Below are positions 57,240 through 64,000 of a stretch of 64,000 nucleotides of DNA, one piece after another. Source of the stretch: Candidatus Omnitrophota bacterium. GTDB taxonomy: Bacteria; Omnitrophota; Gorgyraeia; Gygaellales; Profunditerraquicolaceae. The notes under the pieces were generated by a model, which did not search any database, was not told where the DNA came from, and worked only from the letters and a program-made list of their open reading frames with translations. The translations under genes were made by a program, and so were the position numbers. The stretch lies in the NCBI GenBank assembly GCA_035402765.1, contig DAONDX010000001.1, positions 13,090 through 77,089 on the forward strand, written 5' to 3'. The first letter of the stretch is position 1; every line of letters starts with the position of its first letter.

Positions 57240-57972
57240 AGGGAATAATATTCTCTTTATTTCGGGATATAATGATATCTTCGAACTCCCCGGACTGCCG
57301 GGCGATAATTTCTCTCATTTTAGCCAATTCCAGGATGGCTAAAAAAATCGCGATGATCTCCAGCTTACTTTTCGCCTTAACAAATAACTCCGAAAGCTTA
57401 ATTTCGGTTTGGACTAAAAGCAGATGCAGTATATCGTGAACTTTTTGCTCAACCGTATACTGATCTTTAATCACCTCGTAAAAAACTTCCCGGGGGATAT
57501 CTTTTAGCGCCTGCGAAAAGGCATTGATCAGGTCAAAAATACTGGCTTCAAAATAGACTTCCTGCTTATCCTTGTCCTGGCTATCGGCCGGTTCCTCGGT
57601 TTTCGGCCGCTTAAAAACTTCCTGCTGGCTGATCTCCCTTTGTTTTAAATTTTCGGCGATTTGCTTGAATTTTTCATACTCCAGAAGCCTTTTAACCAGT
57701 TCGGCCCGCGGGTCTTCTTCCTCTTCGGCAGGGGCGGTCTCTTCGGCCGGCAGCAACATCTTGGATTTTATTTGCATCAAGGTAGCCGCCATAATCAAAA
57801 ACTCTCCGACAATATTTAAATCTAATAACTGCATCAAATTAATATACTCCAGATATTGCTGTGTAACTTTGGCAATCGGAATATCATAGATATTAAGATG
57901 GTCTTTTTTTACTAAATATAAAAGCAGGTCTAAAGGACCTTCAAACATCTCCAGGCGGATTTTATAATTCAT
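57202..57972 (-). CDS. scpA: segregation and condensation protein A
   Basis: N-terminal [14 protein letters not shown]. 256 aa. Confidence 0.85.
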   Translation of the reverse strand: MNYKIRLEMFEGPLDLLLYLVKKDHLNIYDIPIAKVTQQYLEYINLMQLLDLNIVGEFLIMAATLMQIKSKMLLPAEETAPAEEEEDPRAELVKRLLEYEKFKQIAENLKQREISQQEVFKRPKTEEPADSQDKDKQEVYFEASIFDLINAFSQALKDIPREVFYEVIKDQYTVEQKVHDILHLLLVQTEIKLSELFVKAKSKLEIIAIFLAILELAKMREIIARQSGEFEDIIISRNKENIIPYERRDQTRTTET

Positions 57973-58044
57973 CCCGCACCTTCTTTCTGATTAAATTCTT
58001 CAGGCCGGCAGTTTGCGCAATTAAACGGTTAAAAGATACCGGAT

Positions 58045-59028
58045 TCATATCTTTAAAAGCCCCCTCACCTGGTCAATAGTTTTATCCGCCACCAGCAATG
58101 CCTTTTGCCTGCCCTCTGATAAAATATCCTGGATGTATTTTTTGTTTTTTTGCAATTTTTCTCTTTTTTCCTGAATCGGCGCCAGGGTATTTGTAAGTAA
58201 AACGGCTAATTCTTTTTTGCATTCCGTACAACCGGCCTGCGCTTTAGTGCAGCGCTCATGTACCTGTTTTTTAAGGACCGGAGCAAACGCCTCATAATAT
58301 GAATAAACACTGCATTTATCCGGATGTCCGCAATCGGCAACGCGAATACGCGCAGGATCCGTAAACATGCCCTGCACCTTTTTACGGATGACTTCCGGAG
58401 CATCAGAAAGCGAGATATAATTATTATAGCTCTTGCTCATCTTACGGCCATCCAGCCCTAAAAGGCGGGTAGTCTGCGTAAGCAAAGCTTTGGGTTCCGG
58501 AAAACAATCTGTCTTATAAAGATGATTGAACTTCCTGACGATCTGACGGCTCAACTCCAAATGCGGTAGTTGATCCTCTCCTACCGGCACTCCGTCGGCT
58601 TTATACAGCAGGATATCGGCGGCTTGTAAAACCGGATAACCTAAAAAAGCATAAGTACTTAAATCGCGGTTGGCCACTTGACGCAGCTGTTCTTTATAAG
58701 TCGGGCAACGTTCCAGTAGCCCTAAAGGCGTAATCAGGGAAAGAATAAAGTATAACTCCAGGTGCCCCGGCACTTGCGATTGAATAAAAATTGTCGACCG
58801 GGCAGGGTCAACCCCGCAGGAAAGCCAATCAATAACATTATCCAGCGTATTGGCCTTTAGATCTGCCGGATTTTCATATTCCGACATCAAGGCATGCCAA
58901 TCCGCAACCATAAAAAAACAATCATACTCATCTTGGAGCTTAGTCCAATTAGCTAAAGCGCCCACCAAATGGCCCAGGTGTAATTTACCCGTAGGCCGCA
59001 TCCCGCTGAAGATTCGTTTTTTAGTCAT
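58045..59028 (-). CDS. trpS: tryptophan--tRNA ligase
   Basis: The class I motifs are a HIGH-type TGKLHLGH and a KMSKS-type KMSKS. 327 aa. Confidence 0.9.
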   Translation of the reverse strand: MTKKRIFSGMRPTGKLHLGHLVGALANWTKLQDEYDCFFMVADWHALMSEYENPADLKANTLDNVIDWLSCGVDPARSTIFIQSQVPGHLELYFILSLITPLGLLERCPTYKEQLRQVANRDLSTYAFLGYPVLQAADILLYKADGVPVGEDQLPHLELSRQIVRKFNHLYKTDCFPEPKALLTQTTRLLGLDGRKMSKSYNNYISLSDAPEVIRKKVQGMFTDPARIRVADCGHPDKCSVYSYYEAFAPVLKKQVHERCTKAQAGCTECKKELAVLLTNTLAPIQEKREKLQKNKKYIQDILSEGRQKALLVADKTIDQVRGLLKI

Positions 59029-59070
59029 ATTCTAATCTTGCGTTATAAATCTTAAATTGTAAGTTTAAAC

Positions 59071-61299
59071 TTACAGCTTTCTGGCGATCTTCTCTATACT
59101 ATAGGCCTCAATGATATCGCCTTCCAAAAGCTGGTCAAATCCGCCGATGGCAATCCCGCATTCATACCCTTCGCCGACTTCGCGCACATCATCCTTAAAA
59201 CGTTTAAGGCTGGAAATCTTGCCTTCAAAAGCCACGTCTCCGTTACGTAAAACCGTAACCAGGCAATTCCGGTTAACCTTGCCCTTAGTTACATAACAGC
59301 CGGCAATCAACCCGGAACGGGAAAGCTTAAACATTTTTCTAACCTCCACCCGGCCTAAGAAAATTTTCTTTAATTTTGGATCGAGCATCCCCTCAACCGC
59401 AGCCTTAATGTCATCAGCCAGCTCGTAAATAATATTATATATTTTAACTTCAATGCCTTCTTTAGCGATTAATTCCTTGGCTGGCTCATCAGCAATAACA
59501 TTGAAACCTAAAAGCAGGGCGTCAGAAGCTACCGCCAAAATTACATCGGAAGTATTAATATTTCCGGCACCCATATGCATAATATTGATCTTTATCTCGG
59601 AAACATTCAATTTATCCAAGGTATCCTTAATCGCCTCCAGGGATCCTTGCACATCCGCTTTAATAATTAAATTCAATTCTTTAATTTCACCGGCGGCAAT
59701 CTGAGCATGCAACTCTTCCAGATTTACCCGTTTTACTTCTTTAACTTGTTGAAGTTTTTCTTTTTCCACGCGCGATGCGATCAAGCTCTTGGCCAGTTTT
59801 TCATCTTCAATCACAAAAAACTGTTCTCCGACCTGTGGAATTCCGCTGATCCCCAGGATCTCTACCGGTGTTGCCGGGCCTACGGTAGTCACATTCTGAC
59901 CGCGGTCATTGAGCATCGCCCGGACCTTGCCGTAAAAATTACCTACAATTAAATTTTGGTTGAGCCGTAATGTTCCGTTCTGCACCAGGAGCGTAGCTAC
60001 CGGGCCTCTGCCTTTAGCCATCCGGGCCTCCACGACAATTCCATAAGCCAAGCGATCAGGGTTAGCTTTTAACTCCATCATCTCAGCTTGCAACAAAATC
60101 ATCTCAAGCAAATTATCTATACCCTGGCCGGTCTTAGCCGAAACCGGAACAGTAATCGTTTTTCCTCCCCAATCCTCAGGATTTAATCCGGCGGAAGCCA
60201 ATTGCTTTTTAACCATATCTAAATTCGCCTGCTCTTTATCTATTTTATTGATCGCTACGATAATCGCTACTTGCGCCGCCCGCGCATGATCAATAGCTTC
60301 CTGAGTTTGCGGCATAATCCCGTCATCCGCCGCCACAACTAATACTACAATATCGGTAATTCGCGCCCCACGGGCACGCATAGCGGTAAACGCTTCATGT
60401 CCGGGCGTATCTAAAAAGGTGATCTCGCCCTGCGGAAGACTGACCCGATAAGCCCCGATATGCTGGGTTATTCCTCCGTGTTCTTTTTCAGTAACTTTAG
60501 TTTTACGGATAGCATCCAGAAGTGAAGTCTTGCCATGATCAACATGCCCCATAAAAGTAACGATCGGCGAACGATTTTTAAGTTCGCTGGGTTTATCTAC
60601 CCTTTTATGCGCCTGCAAAGCCAGCTCTTCCGGATTAAGAGCTTTTTTTACCCCAAAATTATATTTTAAGCACAACTTATTCAAAGTATCTTCATCCAAA
60701 GGCTGGTTAATCCCGGTCATTACCCCCATACCCATAAGATGTTTAATCAGAACCGAAGACTTCTCCTGCAATTTAATCGCCAGATCCTTAACCGTAATGG
60801 GAAGTTCAAGCTCGATCATTTTTTCTGGAGCAGGCTTAACTTCCGGCTTAACTTCAGGTTTTATTGCCGGCTTGGCCTCAACTTTCACTTCGGCTTTATG
60901 AACAGGCTTGACTTCAACTTGAACCTCAGGTTTATGGCTTTGGCTAACGGAAGCCAAACCATTGCCATGCGGCTTATGGCTTTGGCTAACGGAAGCCAAA
61001 CCATTACCTTGCGGCTTATGAACAGGCTTAACTTCAACCTTGATCTCAGGCTTATGAAGAGGTTTAACCTCAGCTTTAGGCTCAATCTTAACTTCAGGCT
61101 TAATAATAGGTTTTAAAACCGAAACTAATTTCTCTTTGGGCTTTTTTATTGTCGTTTTGGGCTTAAGAGGTTTGGCTGCAGCCTTAACTTTGGCGGTGGC
61201 GCCTTTAGTAGCCGCCGGCTTTTTAATCTTTGCTTCCACTTTAACTTTAGGCTTAACTATTTTTTTCACCGCTGCTTTCTCTTTCTTTATTTTTAGCAT
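59071..61299 (-). CDS. infB: translation initiation factor IF-2
   Basis: The N-terminus is lysine/proline/valine-rich and repetitive. The G domain carries GHVDHGKT and DTPGH, followed by the IF2 C-terminal domains. Confidence 0.95.
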   Translation of the reverse strand: MLKIKKEKAAVKKIVKPKVKVEAKIKKPAATKGATAKVKAAAKPLKPKTTIKKPKEKLVSVLKPIIKPEVKIEPKAEVKPLHKPEIKVEVKPVHKPQGNGLASVSQSHKPHGNGLASVSQSHKPEVQVEVKPVHKAEVKVEAKPAIKPEVKPEVKPAPEKMIELELPITVKDLAIKLQEKSSVLIKHLMGMGVMTGINQPLDEDTLNKLCLKYNFGVKKALNPEELALQAHKRVDKPSELKNRSPIVTFMGHVDHGKTSLLDAIRKTKVTEKEHGGITQHIGAYRVSLPQGEITFLDTPGHEAFTAMRARGARITDIVVLVVAADDGIMPQTQEAIDHARAAQVAIIVAINKIDKEQANLDMVKKQLASAGLNPEDWGGKTITVPVSAKTGQGIDNLLEMILLQAEMMELKANPDRLAYGIVVEARMAKGRGPVATLLVQNGTLRLNQNLIVGNFYGKVRAMLNDRGQNVTTVGPATPVEILGISGIPQVGEQFFVIEDEKLAKSLIASRVEKEKLQQVKEVKRVNLEELHAQIAAGEIKELNLIIKADVQGSLEAIKDTLDKLNVSEIKINIMHMGAGNINTSDVILAVASDALLLGFNVIADEPAKELIAKEGIEVKIYNIIYELADDIKAAVEGMLDPKLKKIFLGRVEVRKMFKLSRSGLIAGCYVTKGKVNRNCLVTVLRNGDVAFEGKISSLKRFKDDVREVGEGYECGIAIGGFDQLLEGDIIEAYSIEKIARKL
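60933..61016. repeat. 42-bp in-frame tandem duplication inside the infB N-terminal low-complexity region
   Basis: Units at 60933-60974 and 60975-61016 differ at 2 positions. They encode the duplicated peptide [13 protein letters not shown](H/Q). Confidence 0.6.
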
Positions 61300-61349
61300 A
61301 TCTCTCTTTCCTTCCCGCTCAAACTATGAAGACGGGTCTTTAGATAAAA

Positions 61350-62618
61350 TTACAGAAGTTTTTTAGCCCCGGCAATAATTTTTTGCGCTTTTTTTTCTCC
61401 AATACCCTTGATTTCGACCAGCCCCTTTACATCCAGCTTAATTATATCATTGACATTCTTAATCCCTGCCTCTTTTAAGCTATCAGCAATCTTGGAACTA
61501 ATACCTAAAAGATCTTCCAAAGAAGCTTCTTTCTTGGCCTGCGGCTTGGCTGTTTTTTTGGAAACCTTTTTAACTTCCTTCTTAGCCTTCTTCGGTTTAA
61601 CCGTTTCTGCATCAACCACCGCTTCCTCGGCGGAGGTCGAGACGGCTTTGGCTTCACCGCTTAAAGCCTCGGCGGCAATCATACTCTTGGTACGGATATC
61701 CAGTTCCCAGCCCACCAAACGGGAAGCCAGGCGCACATTCTGACCATGTTTACCGATGCTCAAAGATAATTGGTCATCATCAACAATTACTCCGGCTTTC
61801 ATCTTATCCCGGTCTAATTTAATCTCCGAAACCTTAGCCGGAGAAAGCGCCGCCTTGATATACTCACGCACATCTTCATTAAAACGTACGATATCGATCT
61901 TCTCTCCTTGTAATTCATTAACAATATTTCTTACCCGGTTACCGCGCATGCCTACGCAGGCCCCTACCGCGTCCACCTTTTCATTTTTAGAATAGACGGA
62001 AATTTTAGTCCGTTCACCCGCTTGGCGCGATATACCACGGATCTCCACGATCCCCTCATAAATCTCAGGGACCTCAAGCTCAAATAATTCTTTAACTAAA
62101 TTCGGATGCGCGCGCGACAAAATAATCTGCGGGCCCTTAGTATCCTTTTTTACTTCTACCACATAGGCCCGGATACGCTGCCCTTGTTTAAACTCCTCTT
62201 TGGGCGATTGTTCGCGCTTAAGCAAGACCCCTTCAGCCTTACCCAACAAATCCACGATCACATTGCCTTTTTCAAAACGATAAACCGTACCGCTGACGAT
62301 CTCCCCCACCCGGCTTTGAAATTCCACAAACACCACATCTTTTTCTGCTTCGCGCATTTTCTGAATAATTACCTGCCGGGCAGTCGAAGCGGCGATGCGT
62401 CCGAAATCAATGTTGGTCACCGGCTCATTATTGCGAAAAGCCCGGATTTCACCGGTTACCCGGTCGATCTGGACTTTAAATTCCTCATCCGGTTTTAAAT
62501 CAATCACCCTTTTGGCGGCGCTAAGCATCGCGCTTTCTACAGCCTCCAGCATGATCTCTTTTTTAATTCCTTTTTCTCTTTCGATCTGTTCGATAATTGC
62601 TAAAAGTTCCTGACTCAT
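61350..62618 (-). CDS. nusA: transcription termination/antitermination factor NusA (with a lysine-rich C-terminal extension and an HhH domain)
   Basis: An N-terminal domain, S1, two KH domains, then a KKAKKEVKKVSKK tail and an HhH domain. I placed the start at the ATG at 62618 with SD GGAGAG 9 nt upstream. The track start at 62633 is a TTG lying inside that SD. Confidence 0.9.
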   Translation of the reverse strand: MSQELLAIIEQIEREKGIKKEIMLEAVESAMLSAAKRVIDLKPDEEFKVQIDRVTGEIRAFRNNEPVTNIDFGRIAASTARQVIIQKMREAEKDVVFVEFQSRVGEIVSGTVYRFEKGNVIVDLLGKAEGVLLKREQSPKEEFKQGQRIRAYVVEVKKDTKGPQIILSRAHPNLVKELFELEVPEIYEGIVEIRGISRQAGERTKISVYSKNEKVDAVGACVGMRGNRVRNIVNELQGEKIDIVRFNEDVREYIKAALSPAKVSEIKLDRDKMKAGVIVDDDQLSLSIGKHGQNVRLASRLVGWELDIRTKSMIAAEALSGEAKAVSTSAEEAVVDAETVKPKKAKKEVKKVSKKTAKPQAKKEASLEDLLGISSKIADSLKEAGIKNVNDIIKLDVKGLVEIKGIGEKKAQKIIAGAKKLL

Positions 62619-62642
62619 TTTTTTACTCTCCAATCATGATTA

Positions 62643-63101
62643 TTAAATTACCAATTGTGCCTTATTTATTTTTATTAACGGAATCTCTAAAAGCCTTCCC
62701 TCAACCTGAATAAATACTGCGGTTTCATCCACCTGTTTAATTATTCCCTGCCATTGACACTTGCCCTCAATTAAATCCTTAAGAAAAAAAACTGCTTCTT
62801 TATCAATAAAACGCGCAAAATCCTTGGGCTGCTTAAGCGGCCGGTCCAGCCCCGGAGAAGAAACCTCCAGGAGATAATCAACCGAAATTAGATTTCTTTC
62901 TTCGATCAGGTTTTTAAGCTGCCGGCAAAGCACGGCACACTCTTGTAAATTTATACCGCCTTGCGGCTTATCTGCCAAAACGGTTAAAACTACCCGCCTG
63001 CCTTCAGGCCGGCAGATTAAATCCACCAGCTCCAAATTATTACTTTGAAAAATACCGGCAAATGAACCGCTTAATTCTTTAATTAAAGCTTCGCTGATCA
63101 A
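62643..63101 (-). CDS. rimP: ribosome maturation factor RimP
   Basis: 152 aa immediately upstream of nusA, with RimP-family N- and C-terminal domains. Confidence 0.85.
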   Translation of the reverse strand: MISEALIKELSGSFAGIFQSNNLELVDLICRPEGRRVVLTVLADKPQGGINLQECAVLCRQLKNLIEERNLISVDYLLEVSSPGLDRPLKQPKDFARFIDKEAVFFLKDLIEGKCQWQGIIKQVDETAVFIQVEGRLLEIPLIKINKAQLVI

Positions 63102-63121
63102 AGCAGGCCCCCTGGCGATTT

Positions 63122-64000
63122 TTAACCCTGCCCAGATAAAAATCCGGCAATCTCCTTTACAGCATTTTCTTTAGGAATAAGGTGCGTACTATTATCTTTA
63201 CGTATCCTTAATTCAACATTATTAGCTTCCAGGCTCTTTTTTCCAATGACAATACTGGCCGGTACTCCGGTTAAATCCGCGTCTTTAAATTTAACTCCCG
63301 GTCGTTCATCGCGGTCATCAAAAAGAACCTCCCAGCCGCCGGTCCGCAGATCCTGATATAAGCAATTGGCCGCCTGCATAACCAACGGATTAGTCACATC
63401 TAAAGGCAGAATTGTAATATCGAAAGGAGCAACCTGTCGCGGCCAAACAATTCCGTTAGCATCGTTATTCTGCTCAATAATTGCCGAGATTAAACGCGAC
63501 ACGCCGATACCATAACAGCCCATGATCAGGGGTTTAACCTGCCCGGAATTATCCGAAAAATTAGCCTGCATGGCTTGACTGTATTTTGTTCCAAGCTTAA
63601 AGATATGCCCGACTTCAATGGTATTGACCTTCTCCATCTGAACCTTGCATTTAGGGCATGAAAGATCCTCTTCTTTAAACGCCTTTGCCGTTTTACATTG
63701 CGGGCACACCAACACGACATCTTCCCCTAACGGCGCTTCCACCATAAATTCGTGCGAAACTTTACCGCCCATTACTCCGCTGTCAGCTTCGGTAATCAAA
63801 ACCTTTAATCCGCATCTGGTAAATATTCTCTTATATGCTTCATACATCAACTGATAATTTTTATCTAAACCCGCTTCATCCTGGTCAAAACTGTAAGCGT
63901 CTTTCATAATAAACTCGCAGCAACGGATAAGACCAAAACGCGGCCGCATCTCATCGCGGAATTTTGTCTGGATCTGATACAAAACCAAAGGCAGCTGTCT
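63122..64000 (-). CDS. proS: proline--tRNA ligase, C-terminal part (the 5' end lies beyond the window)
   Basis: Class II motif 3 GCYGIGVSRL and the C-terminal zinc-binding / anticodon-binding region. The reading frame is still open at position 64000. Confidence 0.85.
   Translation of the reverse strand, partial: RQLPLVLYQIQTKFRDEMRPRFGLIRCCEFIMKDAYSFDQDEAGLDKNYQLMYEAYKRIFTRCGLKVLITEADSGVMGGKVSHEFMVEAPLGEDVVLVCPQCKTAKAFKEEDLSCPKCKVQMEKVNTIEVGHIFKLGTKYSQAMQANFSDNSGQVKPLIMGCYGIGVSRLISAIIEQNNDANGIVWPRQVAPFDITILPLDVTNPLVMQAANCLYQDLRTGGWEVLFDDRDERPGVKFKDADLTGVPASIVIGKKSLEANNVELRIRKDNSTHLIPKENAVKEIAGFLSGQG

Noticed and set aside
60739-61116. Plus-strand ORF antisense to the infB N-terminal repeats (and the minus-strand ORF 60885-61085)
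   Set aside because: They are artefacts of the repetitive K/P/V-rich coding region. infB occupies the frame.

Overview
This 64-kb window is a gene-dense core-genome segment in which 60 of 63 genes lie on the minus strand. I found no rRNA, tRNA, CRISPR array, transposase or integrase. The ORF track treats TTG and GTG as starts, so I re-placed several starts by hand (for example NusA, RplS, TrpA, CoaE). I recognised the following blocks, listed from the 5' to the 3' end of the minus strand:
- Tail of proS, then rimP-nusA-infB.
- trpS, scpA, ruvB.
- A queuosine cluster: queH, a secreted GHL10-like protein, queA, tgt.
- trmD-rplS-rnhB-yraN.
- A Wood-Ljungdahl methyl-branch block: fchA-folD-metF plus acetyl-CoA synthase acsB carrying an N-terminal extension.
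- A TPR protein, polA, glgA, coaE, rho, rpmE.
- prfA-prmC-murA fused directly to a trpE-less trpG-D-C-F-(zinc-ribbon membrane ORF)-B-A operon.
- An M16 peptidase and a CNNM/CBS protein.
- A small zinc-ribbon protein with its own promoter, then rsfS, argS, recJ.
- rpmB on the plus strand with a canonical promoter and a structured leader.
- A helicase-nuclease fusion, plsC, an AsmA-like protein, arfB.
- rpsO-pnp-ftsK-rodZ-rimO-pgsA-pgpA.
- An FMN-riboswitch-controlled, rearranged rib operon: ribBA-ribH-nusB-PHP-ribD-ribE.

The observations I rate highest:
1. Two paralogous, roughly 150-nt structured RNA elements that completely fill the rpmE-prfA and trmD-rplS spacers and differ by compensatory stem changes.
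2. An array of covarying 32-nt hairpin repeats between the small zinc-ribbon gene and rsfS, with a further degenerate copy between rsfS and argS.
3. rsfS has no canonical start codon.
4. SD-occluding stems that suggest translational coupling (rodZ to rimO).
5. Leaderless-type promoters.
6. acsB sits without the other CODH/ACS subunits.
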